64,000 nucleotides of DNA from an uncultured Candidatus Rokubacteria bacterium (GTDB lineage Bacteria > Methylomirabilota > Methylomirabilia > Rokubacteriales > DASRDR01), in contig CAWEXD010000003.1 in NCBI GenBank assembly GCA_963812945.1, forward strand, positions 132,932-196,931, in the 5' to 3' direction. Positions 53,842-63,719 of this stretch are shown here, one piece after another. Both the position numbers and the translations under genes were made by a program. Under the pieces are notes generated by a model, which had not been told where the DNA came from, ran no database searches, and saw only the letters and a program-made list of their open reading frames with translations. The stretch's first letter is position 1. Each line of letters opens with the position of its first letter.

Positions 53842-54131
53842 GACCTGATCTCCTCCTCTCCATCACCATGCCGTAGCAATGGCGCCTACTAGATCTATTA
53901 CCACCTCCTCACGATTCAGACCACCGACACGAGTTCACTGACGGCGATGACGACCGCCGCGAGCTCGAGCGAGCGCGGCGGCGGGCCACAATGTGGATTC
54001 TGACGGATCTACGATGTCGCGGGGACGGAGTTCGCGAGCGTCGGAGAAAAGCCGCTTGACCCCCGGTATCGGGAGGCGCATTGCTTAGAGTGTTCATGCG
54101 CCACCGGCAACTCGTCAGAAAGGAGTCCCCC

Positions 54132-54545
54132 ATGAGCCACCGAGAGCCAGTGAGGCGCACCGCCGCTACCCACACCACCGCTGATCGCGACGGCGCCTTC
54201 CGCCGCGCCCGGCCCAGCGTTCTTGCCGCCTTGGCAGCCACCGGTGCCTTCGGCCTCATCCTGCTGGCGGCCCCCGGCTACGGCCAAACCCCACCCCCAA
54301 TGAGAAGAACGAGGCTCAAGGCCAGACGACCACAGCCGGGTTTCCCATGGTTCTCCAGACGCTCACCGTGCGCAAGGAAGGGGCCGTTCTGTTCGCGGAC
54401 ATCGCGGCGCCACCCATGAATCTTTTGGGGCCCGAACTGGTCCGCGATCTCGTCTCCCTCATTCGGCGAGCCGAGGCCGACGACGCCGTCCAGGTGCTCG
54501 TGTTCAGGAGCACGGACCCCGACTACTTCATTTCACACGTGTTGA
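54132..54545 (+). pseudogene. Truncated, frameshifted enoyl-CoA hydratase/isomerase N-terminus
   Basis: AGGAG-ATG 54132 leader, then in another frame GAVLFADIAAPPMNLLGPELV...VLVFRSTDPDYFISHV and an abrupt end. Confidence 0.72.
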
Positions 54546-54600
54546 CTCTGAGAGGCCGGTGAAGAGGCCTGCGATGTCTCTTTCAGGAGAACAGCGAGTC

Positions 54601-55173
54601 ATGATCAGAATAGCAATAGTTCTCGGTAGTACCCGCCCTGGTCGCAAGGCCGATGCCGTCGGTCATTGGGTTCTCGATATTGCCAAGAAACGAAGCGACG
54701 CCGAGTTCGAGCTTGTCGATATCAAGGACTTCAATCTTCCGCTACTCGACGAGCCCGTGCCGCCCTCTCTGGGACAGTACAGCCAGCCGCATACGAAGGC
54801 CTGGGCGGAGAAAATCGACTCCTTCGATGCCTTCGTGTTCGTAACGCCTGAGTACAACCACGGAACGTCCGGTGCGCTAAAGAACGCGATCGACTATCTG
54901 TACCGCGAATGGAACAACAAGGCTGCCGGATTTGTCGGATACGGCAGCGCGGGCGGAGTGCGAGCGGTGGAGCACCTGCGGCTGGTGATGGGCGAGTTGC
55001 AGGTCGCGGATGTGCGCGCACAGGTCATGCTATCGCTCCATACCGACTTTGAGAGCTTTGCGACCTTCAAACCGGCTAGCCGTCATGAGGCATCCGTCAA
55101 CGCCATGCTGGATCAGGTCATCACCTGGGGCAGAGCGTTGAAGAGTGTGCGTATGGACAAGCAGGCGCCGTAG
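54601..55173 (+). CDS. NADPH-dependent FMN reductase
   Basis: LGSTRPGR, VTPEYNHG, LKNAID, GYGSAGGVRA. Confidence 0.93.
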   Translation: MIRIAIVLGSTRPGRKADAVGHWVLDIAKKRSDAEFELVDIKDFNLPLLDEPVPPSLGQYSQPHTKAWAEKIDSFDAFVFVTPEYNHGTSGALKNAIDYLYREWNNKAAGFVGYGSAGGVRAVEHLRLVMGELQVADVRAQVMLSLHTDFESFATFKPASRHEASVNAMLDQVITWGRALKSVRMDKQAP

Positions 55174-55230
55174 ACCCCGCCGCGGGGATTCATCGCCTCG
55201 CGTGCCGTCCCGCGCGGCCGTCCACACATC

Positions 55231-56193
55231 CTACCGCTCGGCGTCAGCAACGGGCACGAGGGAGAGGCGTTCCAGTGGAAGGCCGAGCTCGCGCCAGCCG
55301 TCGAGTCCGCCAGCCAACGGACGGATCCGCGCGATACCTCGACGCTTGAGCAGGAGCGCCACCCGGGCGCTCGTCGCCTCGTTCGGTCAACTGCAGTAGA
55401 GAATCACGTCGCGGTCTCGAGGAAGCGCCACCCGGCCTTGCTCGACGTCATCGACGGCAAGACGGATGGCACCCGGCAGCGCATAGGGTGTGAGTCCCAC
55501 ATCGACGACGCTGCGGAGATCGACGATGAGCGGCTTCTCTCCGGCCGCGAGTTGACCTTGAAGCTCATCGGGCGAGATTCGGGCGATTCGCAGGCTGCGG
55601 AGGAAGCGCTGACGCTGGATCCACTTGACGATGACGTATCCGACGATGATCAGACCGAGCGTCACGGCCACGGCCGCGCCAAGCTGACCGGCCTGGCTGA
55701 CCACCCGCTCGACGGCCTGTCCGGCTGCGTAGCCCAGGACCATCCAGGCGCCGACCCAGAAGAAAGCTCCGAGCGCGGTATAGAGGGAGAATCGGACCAC
55801 CCCGACGCCGACCATGCCAGCGAGCGGCGGTCCCACCGTGCCAAGGCCGGGAATGAACTTGGCGAACAGGAGAAACCGGACCCCGTGACGAAGGAAGACC
55901 TCCTCCGTTCGGCGGACGCACGAATCCGGCTCGAGGGAGACGCGGCAGAGCAAGCCGAGCACCCGGGCGCCGCGCGATCGACCAATGGCATACCAGACGA
56001 GATCGGCCACCAGCGTTGCCAGGACGCCGAGACCCACCGCGCCGGGCAGGCTCAGGCGTCCTGTGGCGGCCAGCCCGCCGGCCGCCATCAGGACCGGTGA
56101 GGCTGGAATGGGCACACCCAGTTGGTCCGCGAGCACGTACAGGAAGAGCAGGATCTCTCCGTGCTCGGCGACGACAGCCAGAACTTCGCTCAC
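55231..56193 (-). CDS. DedA(VTT)-rhodanese fusion, candidate selenoprotein (in-frame TGA at 55387-55389)
   Basis: DQLGVPIP, GRSRG, AKFIPG; IVDLR, LPGA, VILYCS-TGA-PNEATSARVALLLKRRGIARIRPLAGGLDGWRELG to TAG at 55231. Confidence 0.85.
55354..55372 (-). promoter_or_regulatory. Putative bacterial SECIS hairpin (copy 2)
   Basis: GAGCGCC-CGGGU-GGCGCUC beginning 14 nt after the UGA. Confidence 0.72.
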
Positions 56194-56693
56194 GGGCGTA
56201 GCCTCGACGCCAGGCCACTTCGACGGATTGGTGACCGCGGGAGTCGGCTCATTGCGCCCCGTACACCTTTCCCCGATACCGGCGGCATCAGCAGATCCCG
56301 GCCCGTCGCACTATCCTGATCGCGAGCGCGCGGAAGTCAATGCCCACGCACACTACCTTGTGTCCCCACGGGGCTGGTTGCGTCCAGTCGGCAATGTCGG
56401 GGCTACGCCGTGTAGCTCGCGCGACACAGTCCGTGGAGCGCGGGAGCAAGAGGATGGCCACATCCACGGGCCGCCGCCCATGGCGGCCTACGGTCGCGAC
56501 GTCGCGAACTGAACTTCTGGTTTGAGTCGCGCCTCCGCGGCCATCCGAATCGGGATTCGACCTAGGCCGAAGAGGACTCGAAATCGGAGTCGTCAGTCCG
56601 CACGGAGGGAGTGAATGCGCCTGTCGGCGACTCCGGGTCGAGGTCTTGGCAACCCTCCTCAAACTCGGGGCCGAAAAGGCTAGTGAAATCAAG

Positions 56694-56725
56694 TGGTGGC
56701 TCCAACGGGATTCGCACCCGTGTTT
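56694..56725 (-). mobile_element. Degenerate tRNA 3' end (att-like remnant)
   Basis: AAACACGGGTGCGAATCCCGTTGGAGCCACCA: T arm, acceptor 3' strand and CCA, no 5' half. Confidence 0.78.
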
Positions 56726-57267
56726 GAACCGCGATCACGCTTTCGCCAAAGATCTCGCCACGTTGCAGGCTGTTCAGCCTGACAAATGGTACGGGACTCA
56801 AACCTCAGCATGCTAGAGGATCGGACAAGGTACGGGCAAAGTCACACACGAACACCTTACATTCAAATAGTTTCCTGGCACCCCGGGCATCTGAAATCCC
56901 GGGTGCATTCCGCCCGCTCGCAAGGGGATGTCCGATGAGCGTCCCTGGCGTGGCATTGGCGTGAGCGTCTCGGGAGTTGAAACCGGCCCTCTGCGTCAAA
57001 GAAGGGACAGCGCTCATGGTGAAAGGCGTTCCAAAGGAGGCCCGCTATCCTCGTGGTGGTCGCATCCGGCCGCTCACTCGCGCGGGCTGCCACGGGAGAA
57101 GCATGAGGTGCGGCGCAGCGTCCGAGCGCTGAAGATTTTGATCGAAGCGCCGCGGAACACCGTCGTCCATCCAGAACCCGAGGTAGGGTTCCTCGATTCC
57201 CGCCACTCGATGAAGAATGAAGGAAAGTGCACACACTTTCGGACGAACTCCGCGACGAGGTAGGGCC

Positions 57268-57307
57268 GAAACGAAGGGCCGGCGGGTCAACTGCCGGCCT
57301 TTGTTTC
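57268..57307. terminator. Hairpin terminator downstream of the 57349-57747 gene
   Basis: GAAACGAAGGGCCGGCGG-GTCAA-CTGCCGGCCTTTGTTTC. Confidence 0.6.
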
Positions 57308-57348
57308 ATGTCTGCTGGTTCGAGCGGAGTTAGTCCGGACTAGCCGCG

Positions 57349-57747
57349 CTAAACTCCGAAATCTTCCACCACCTTCCAGCTTCCGTCCGCCTGCTTCCTG
57401 AAGACGGTCAAGTAGGTGCCCGCGCCATTCTCCGCCTGTTTGGTCTGCGGGTTCGTAAAAGTGATCTTGAACGTGCCGCGGCGGTAGGCCAGGTCACCCG
57501 AGCCGGCGACCTCGGTCTTCTCGTTTGAGAGACTCATCTTGAAGTTGAGATCCTCAGTATCGTCCCTGATGGCCTTGGACACCGCCCGGCCGTCCTTGGC
57601 CGCCGGGCGGCCGGGCGTGGCGATCACCGCGTCCGGCGCGTAATAAGAGTTCACCTTCGCCGAATCCTTCGCCAGGAGTGCGGCCAGAATCTCCTGCGCC
57701 GTGCGGTTGACCGCGTCCGTCGCCGGTTCGTTGGGATTGGTGGTCAT
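57349..57747 (-). CDS. NTF2-like DUF4440/YybH family protein
   Basis: GGAGG RBS; YYAPDA, SGDLAY, GTYLTVFRKQADGSWKVVED. Confidence 0.88.
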   Translation of the reverse strand: MTTNPNEPATDAVNRTAQEILAALLAKDSAKVNSYYAPDAVIATPGRPAAKDGRAVSKAIRDDTEDLNFKMSLSNEKTEVAGSGDLAYRRGTFKITFTNPQTKQAENGAGTYLTVFRKQADGSWKVVEDFGV

Positions 57748-57959
57748 GTCGATTGCCTCCGTTGGTTTGATTGGTTCTCCCGAATGCCGGTGCGCTGCGG
57801 CCGCGGCGGAAGGCGCCTAGGAAGGATTAACGCCACCTCCGCGAAACGGCCGGCCAGGTCCGGCCTCCCCCCGGAGCCTGCCCCGGCCGCCGGGGCGGAT
57901 CGCCTCGGAGGGCGAGGCGGGCGGCGACCTCGCGAGCGCCGGCTGACTCCGCGTCATCC

Positions 57960-58281
57960 GCGCTTGCATGCATTCGACGCTGCCTTCCTCGAGGTGGCCT
58001 GACTTGCCCGTGGAGTCTTCGTAGTCGAGGCCCCCTTGCATCAACGTCGTATGCGTCGAGATTCCCGAGTGTGGATGCCTCGGGAGCTCGGGGAAGTCGA
58101 CGATGTCGAGCAAGAAGTGATCGCGAAACACGAAGGGCTTCACACGCTCACCAAGATCTCCGGAGCTCATGAGGCGCGTGATGCCGCCGTGCGGGTGGCC
58201 GGAGGTGCGGTGGACAATGCGACGCGCCGATCGGGTGGTGCGAGCGGGCAACGAAGAAGTGGTGTCGATCTCGGGCGTCAT
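57960..58281 (-). pseudogene. Pirin family protein, 3' truncated
   Basis: HGGITRLMS.GDLGERVKPFVF, HPHSGI, YEDSTG, VECMQA, then homology is lost. Confidence 0.82.
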
Positions 58282-58338
58282 GCGCGCTCCTGTTTGCGTG
58301 TGTGCGATTTTCTCTTCGATCACGGGAGCTCGACGTCG

Positions 58339-59184
58339 CTACTGCAGCGTCGGCATCAGGACCTCGCGCGCGAAGGTGTCGAAGCTGCGCGCCTTCTTGC
58401 CGGTAATCTTCTCGACGAGCCTGCTCGTGTAATCGCCCCAGTTCGCGGCGTAGGCCGCGCTGTAGTCGTGCATCGTCCGGTCGACCCAGGGCGCCGCCGG
58501 CTCGACCGCCGCGAGCGGAAGGGGCACGTAAGTGATCTCCTTGCGGAGCACTTTGGTGAGCGTCGCCGCCATCTCGGCGAACGTCAGCGACTCTGGACCT
58601 GTGATCTCGTACGTACCGAAGTCCCACGAGCTGTCGAGCACCACGCGAGTCGCCACGTCGGCGATGTCCCGAGTGTCGACCAAGCCGAGGCGTCCCTCGC
58701 CCATGCTCATCGCGATCTTGCCCTCGCGTGCGATCGACGCGCGCTGCCAGAGCAAGTTCTGCATGAAATAATGCGGGCGAAGGACGACGTACGGGTTCTG
58801 CAGGTCGCGGATCGCGTCGTCGGTCTGACCGTGTAGCCGGGTGTTCGGCGTCGGGCCGCTCACCGACGCTTTCAGCGCCGAGATCCGCACGATGCGCAGC
58901 TTGGGATTCCGCTTCGCGATGTCGAGGAAGTCGCGGGCCTGAGTCCACGCGTCCGGGCCAGGGGGCGTGAGGAACAGCACCGTCGAGACGCCGTCGAGCG
59001 CCTTTTCGAGCGATGCCTTGTCGCCGTAGTCGCCGATGATGGTCTCCGAGCCGAGTGCCTTGATTGGAGCCGCCTTCGCCGCGTCGTGCACCATTGCGCG
59101 TACGTCGGCGCGAGCGCGGACAAGCTGCGGGACGATGTCGGTTGCGATTTTCCCGGTAGCACCGGTGACGAGAATCTTGGTCAT
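58339..59184 (-). CDS. NmrA-like NAD(P)-binding protein
   Basis: MTKILVTGATGKIA, LRPHYFMQN, VDTRDIA, YEITGPE. Confidence 0.9.
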   Translation of the reverse strand: MTKILVTGATGKIATDIVPQLVRARADVRAMVHDAAKAAPIKALGSETIIGDYGDKASLEKALDGVSTVLFLTPPGPDAWTQARDFLDIAKRNPKLRIVRISALKASVSGPTPNTRLHGQTDDAIRDLQNPYVVLRPHYFMQNLLWQRASIAREGKIAMSMGEGRLGLVDTRDIADVATRVVLDSSWDFGTYEITGPESLTFAEMAATLTKVLRKEITYVPLPLAAVEPAAPWVDRTMHDYSAAYAANWGDYTSRLVEKITGKKARSFDTFAREVLMPTLQ

Positions 59185-59269
59185 CTGCTGTTCCTTTGGC
59201 GCATGCGGCGCCAGATAGTGTGGGTTCATGCGCTACGGCGCGGACTGACTCCGACGGGCGAACATGTCT

Positions 59270-59752
59270 CTAACCCTCTCGTTGTGCGGCTGATGCTCGC
59301 GCTCCGACAGACATGCCGAGCTTCTTGAGGAGCTCGATGAGCGTGAGGCGCTCGGCCCTCGAGAGCCCGCTCGCTGCCGAATCCATCGCTTCCTTGTGAC
59401 TCGCGAAGAACTTGACCGCTTGCTGTTCGCCTGCTTCCGTCAACCGAACGATGCGAGCCCTTCTGTCAGTGGGGTGGGCCTCGCGGGTGACGAGGCTCAG
59501 CGACTCGAGTCGATCCACGGCCGTGGTGATGGCGCCGCTCGTGAGCTCGACTCGACGCCCAATCTCGTTCACAGGCTGCGGCCCTTTGTGAAGAAGCATC
59601 TCCAAGACCGCGAAGTCAGAGAGGCCGACGTCTGACGACTCGATGCTGCGGGTCGCCTCGCGCTGAAGCGTCCGATGCGCCTTCATCATGACGAGCCAGA
59701 GGTGCGTGCCCGACGCGTCGGCCGCCGCCTTCTTTGGTGGTGTGCGTTTCAT
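59270..59752 (-). CDS. MarR family transcriptional regulator
   Basis: LSDFAVLEML, LTSGAITTAVDRLE, DRRARIVRLT. Confidence 0.92.
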   Translation of the reverse strand: MKRTPPKKAAADASGTHLWLVMMKAHRTLQREATRSIESSDVGLSDFAVLEMLLHKGPQPVNEIGRRVELTSGAITTAVDRLESLSLVTREAHPTDRRARIVRLTEAGEQQAVKFFASHKEAMDSAASGLSRAERLTLIELLKKLGMSVGARASAAQREG

Positions 59753-59758
59753 CTGTAT

Positions 59759-59788
59759 GTATCTTAACGTAAAGATACTTCTCGTCAA
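59759..59788 (-). promoter_or_regulatory. Promoter with overlapping palindromic MarR operator
   Basis: TTGACG-16 nt-TAAGAT, 8 nt before the ATG; GTATCTTAACGTAAAGATAC (18/20 dyad) at 59759-59778. Confidence 0.75.
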
Positions 59789-59872
59789 GCCATATCGCGA
59801 GGCGCTAGGACCGGTGCGCGGTTGTTTCGTCTCGGCCTCGTGGAGCGCCGTCAGCTTCGTCGCCGCGGAGCC

Positions 59873-59921
59873 TAGTGGTCTCCAACGAAATGCGAACCCG
59901 TGTTTCAGCCTTGAGAGGGCC
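59873..59921 (-). mobile_element. Degenerate 3' half of tRNA-Glu(CTC) (att-like remnant)
   Basis: GGCC-CTCTCAA-GGCTGAAACACGGGTTCGCATTTCGTTGGAGACCACTA: anticodon loop plus decayed T arm, no D arm. Confidence 0.8.
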
Positions 59922-60149
59922 TCGCGCCCTCTTACGCGGATTCGCTTGTCTGAACCTTCGCAAGCCCACGAAAACCTTGTTGGAAGCGGCCTTCGGCACA
60001 GTGATTGGCCTCACGATCCCGAAAACTGTGCGAGTGCCTTCGAGCGCCCTCGAGAGCCCCCGAGCGCCCATCGCAATGGCAACAAAAGTGGCAACGAGGC
60101 CAACCTCATCGTGAGCTCAGCGCGAGCCGCCGTGGCGAGGCGGGTTCAC

Positions 60150-60512
60150 GGCCCTGCTCGTGGACCTGCTGGAGTAACTCGAGTGATCGGCGCCCCCTTG
60201 TGCCCCCCACGGCAGCCGCCGCTGGTCTAGCACGGCGTACTGGCTCCCATGCCGGATGGCGCGCGGTGATCGTGCCGGCGGCCTCAGGTGACGCAGGGCG
60301 GGCACCGGAACCGCCACCGGGGCCGGGCCTGCTGTCATGGGCCACGTTGCTGCGCCGCGTGTTCGCGATCGAGCTTTCTCGTCTGTCCCCGCTACGCCGG
60401 CCCGCGCCGGACTCTGGGCACGGCGACCGAGCCCCACGCCGTGCGCCGCGTACTCGTCGCGCTTGGACTAGTCGCGAACCCGTCGTCGGGCCGACCCATC
60501 CCCTCGACCTGA
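60150..60512 (+). mobile_element. Decayed IS91-like (Y2) transposase C-terminal remnant
   Basis: Across frames: PPRQPPLV*HGVLAP, SWATLLRRVFAI, LVCPRYAGPRRTLG..TEPHAVRRVLVALGL. Confidence 0.7.
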
Positions 60513-60719
60513 CCCCCGCGCTCGATCACGCCTCGGCACCGCGGTCCCCGTCTGCCTGCTGACCCGGAGGAGCGGGCTCCGGGCCTCTCCGACCTCCCGC
60601 CGCACTTGCTAGACCCGCCAGCGACGCGCTATCGTTCCGGCGTGCCGCTGGAGGCGCGGCCGACGTGGCCGACGCCGCAACCGGGGGGACGGGGCGCGGA
60701 GGAGGGGACGCAGAAACGT

Positions 60720-61437
60720 GGCTAGGGCCATCCACGTCCCTGAACCCCGAAACCGCCAGCCCGAGGGTCGCGCTGCCCGCAGCGGCCGGTACCTGAAGCT
60801 GAAGATCGCATCCCAGAGCCTACATGAACAAGCGCTCGAGGCCCTGCTTGGGCGCTCCCGCGGATCTCTGCTCGCGGTCCTACCAAACCTCCGCGCAGCG
60901 GTGGCCGGCCCTCCAGCGAAGATCCTGCAGATAGCGGTTGCGCTCCGGAATGCGCGCGATCTCGGTGGCGAACCTGCGCCGACATCGAACTGAACACGCC
61001 GACGTCCCAGGGCATCGGCGCGCCGGAAGGCCAGTGGAACGTGCCGTGACAGGCGCTGATGAGAAGCCCGCGCGCCCCGTCTCGGACCGCGACCTGCGGC
61101 GCGCGAGCACGACTCCCTTCTTCCCTTCTCGCACCAGGTCAGGCGGATCCTGCAGGTCGCCGTCCGTGAGCGCGACCGCATCACCGCTGCTGAAGCGCAC
61201 CGCCGCCGTGCTTGCCGGGTGGTGACCGGACTTGCGCGACACGTGCACCGCGCACACGTGCGGGTCGTGAGGCGCGACCTTGCCGAGGAACTGCGCGCTG
61301 CCGTCGCTGCTGCCATCGTCCACGAACACCATCTCGATCGTGTGGCAGGCTCGCGGTCGCGGTGACGAGCCGCGAGTAGAGCGCGCGCCGATCTTCTTCT
61401 TCGTGACGACCGGACCCGCGATGGATATGAGCGCCAT
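60720..61437 (-). pseudogene. Decayed GT2 (GtrB-like) glycosyltransferase
   Basis: EMVFVDDGSSDGS, SRKSGH, GDAVALTDGDLQDPP, IPERNRYL with frameshifts; 3' limit approximate. Confidence 0.78.
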
Positions 61438-61464
61438 TCGGCTCGCCGCTCGGGCTAGTCGGTC

Positions 61465-62535
61465 GTGCGCGTGCGCTCAATCACAGTGACGGAATCGCGG
61501 CCCAGGCATCGACTCGCCTTCGCAACGCTCGCGCTCGGCATGGGAATGCTCGCCGCGCTCGTGATCGCCGAGATTGCGCTGCGCTCCAGCGGGCACGAGC
61601 CCTGGAAAGAGCTCGACGGGCACCTGGGTGTGCCGCGAATGCACGAGCCCGACCCCGACCTCGGCTGGCGCAGCAAAGAAGGGCGTTACGTGTTCGGAAC
61701 GACGCCCATCCACATGACATTCTGGCCCAATCACACGCGCGCGACCGCTGCGGCCCCCGTACGCGCCGACGCCGCGGTCGTGGTGCTGGGCTGCTCGTTC
61801 GTGGAGGGCTGGGCGTTGTCCGACGAGGAGACGTTCGCGTGGAAGCTGCAGGAGCGTTTCGCGCGCGCGCGGGTGCTCAATTTCGGGACCACCGGTTACG
61901 GCACCACGCAGTCGCTGCTTGCGCTCGAGCGCTATCTTGAGGAACGCAAGCGCACGCATGGCGCCGTGGCGGCCAAGGGACCGCTCATAGTCATCTACGG
62001 GTTCAGCGATTTCCACACCAGCCGCAGTATCGCCGAAGCTTCGTGGCTCAGGTCGCTCGCACGGGCCTCGCGCGGGCAAGTCGCCACGCCCTACGCGACC
62101 CTCGGCGGCGACGGCGAGCTGCAGCTTCACCCGCCCAAGACGTATCCGGCCTGGTGGCTCCATCGCCGACTCGCTACGGTGGCCACGCTCGAAAAGCTCT
62201 GGGCGTCTTTCGATGCGATGAAGCGCACTTCGCAAGCGAACGCGGTCACGAAGAAGCTGTTGCTCGAGCTCGACAAGGTCGTGCGGCAGAGCGGGGGAAA
62301 GCTGCTCGTGGCATTGCTCTCGCAACTCGGTCCCCGAAGCATGGCGCCGTTCCGCGCGCTACTCGCGGAGCACGGCATACCCACGGCGGAATGCGTGCAT
62401 CAGGGAGTGTGGGCGAAGGAGATGCAGGTGCCGGTCTACGGACATCCCAACGCCGAGATCAACGCCTACTGGGCCGGCTGCATCGCGCAGGCCATTAGCG
62501 GCATGGTCCCCGAACTCGCCGGCGGCGGCACGTAA
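61465..62535 (+). CDS. Membrane-anchored SGNH/GDSL-like hydrolase
   Basis: N-terminal TM then EIALR, DPDLGW, LGCSFVEG, NFGTTGYG, GHPN. Confidence 0.78.
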   Translation: MRVRSITVTESRPRHRLAFATLALGMGMLAALVIAEIALRSSGHEPWKELDGHLGVPRMHEPDPDLGWRSKEGRYVFGTTPIHMTFWPNHTRATAAAPVRADAAVVVLGCSFVEGWALSDEETFAWKLQERFARARVLNFGTTGYGTTQSLLALERYLEERKRTHGAVAAKGPLIVIYGFSDFHTSRSIAEASWLRSLARASRGQVATPYATLGGDGELQLHPPKTYPAWWLHRRLATVATLEKLWASFDAMKRTSQANAVTKKLLLELDKVVRQSGGKLLVALLSQLGPRSMAPFRALLAEHGIPTAECVHQGVWAKEMQVPVYGHPNAEINAYWAGCIAQAISGMVPELAGGGT

Positions 62536-62572
62536 GGCAGTGCATCCTTATGCCACACCGTGCCGCGGGCCG

Positions 62573-63040
62573 CTACTTGGCGGCTCGCCCTCTCCTGGTC
62601 CGGGGGGCAGACCGTCTCTTGCCCGCCGGTGCGCCGGCGGTCTCGGGCACGGTCATGATCTCCAGCAGGTGGCCGTAAGGATCCTCGAAGTAGACCCCTC
62701 GCCCGCCACGACGGGTGTTGATCCGGCGGTTGGTGTGGCTGAAGGGATCGCTCCCGTACGGGATTCCCTTGGCCTTCACGCGGTCGAAGATCGCGTCGAA
62801 CTCCGCGTCGCTGACGTGGAAGGCGTAGTGATGGCTTCGCCCCGTCCGGGGGTCAAACCCCGGCCCGCCCCACTCCTCGGGCTCGTCCGCGAAATCGAAC
62901 GTCAGGCTCTCGTTGACTTGCACCCCGGCGAAGTGCCCGGGGTCCGGCTCGACCGTCAGGCCGAAGATCTCGGCGAAGAACTTGGCCGAAGCGATCTTGT
63001 CCTTTGCGGGCACGATGGTGTGGTCCAGGCGAATGGTCAT
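62573..63040 (-). CDS. VOC/glyoxalase family protein
   Basis: LDHTIVPAKD, HYAFHV, GRGVYFEDPYGHLLEI. Confidence 0.92.
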   Translation of the reverse strand: MTIRLDHTIVPAKDKIASAKFFAEIFGLTVEPDPGHFAGVQVNESLTFDFADEPEEWGGPGFDPRTGRSHHYAFHVSDAEFDAIFDRVKAKGIPYGSDPFSHTNRRINTRRGGRGVYFEDPYGHLLEIMTVPETAGAPAGKRRSAPRTRRGRAAK

Positions 63041-63116
63041 GGCTCCCCTCCCGCATCACTCAGGGCCCGACTCGTCGACCCACATCGTGAGCGTCGCGAC
63101 GTCCGGCTCCTCTTCC

Positions 63117-63190
63117 TATCAGGTATACGCACACTTCCGAGGAGTCAAGGTTCCGCCTCTTGACAGGATCTCGATCGATGCGTATACATC
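63117..63190. promoter_or_regulatory. Divergent promoter region with two operator-like dyads
   Basis: TTGACA at 63160; GATGCGTATACATC 63177-63190 and related AGGTATACGCAC 63121-63132. Confidence 0.6.
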
Positions 63191-63197
63191 ATAGTCC

Positions 63198-63719
63198 ATG
63201 GCGCCGTCACGGTCCGACCTGGTCTCCGCGCTGTCCGCTCGCGTCAAGCTGGAGTGCGCGGGTGGAGGGCTCCGCCGCGCCTCCCGGGCGATCTCGCGCT
63301 TCTACGGGGCCGCCTTCGCGCCGCTCGATCTGACCGCCACGCAGTTCTCGCTGCTCGTCGCGGTCAACCTGGGCGGCTCGATCCCGCTCAGTCGACTCGC
63401 CGAGGTGCTGGTGCTCGACCGGACGTCTCTCTACCGCGCGGTTAAGCCGCTGGTCCGGCGCCGCTGCGTCCGGATCCTCCCGGGTCGGACCGGGCGCGAG
63501 CGAACCGCCGCGCTCACCGAGGCGGGCCGCCGGCTCCTCCATGAAGCGCTCCCGGTCTGGAAGAAGACTCAGGAGCGCTTCGTCGGCGCGCTGGGCCCGG
63601 ACGCCTGGGCGGCACTCAACTCCGGGCTTCGCCAGGTCGTGCCCACCGTGCAGGCTCTCGAGTCCGGCGGCTCGCCCGCCAGCTCCAGTCCTACTTCCTT
63701 CCGAGCCGGACGCCGGTAG
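63198..63719 (+). CDS. MarR family transcriptional regulator
   Basis: C....LRRASRAISRFY, LTATQFSLL, LDRTSLYR, LTEAG. Confidence 0.9.
   Translation: MAPSRSDLVSALSARVKLECAGGGLRRASRAISRFYGAAFAPLDLTATQFSLLVAVNLGGSIPLSRLAEVLVLDRTSLYRAVKPLVRRRCVRILPGRTGRERTAALTEAGRRLLHEALPVWKKTQERFVGALGPDAWAALNSGLRQVVPTVQALESGGSPASSSPTSFRAGRR

Noticed and set aside
56760-57260. Lower-GC stretch with short ORFs
   Set aside because: No recognisable protein or RNA structure; probably decayed foreign DNA
56694-59921. Functional tRNA genes
   Set aside because: No 5' acceptor strand or D arm; T-loop or stem mutated
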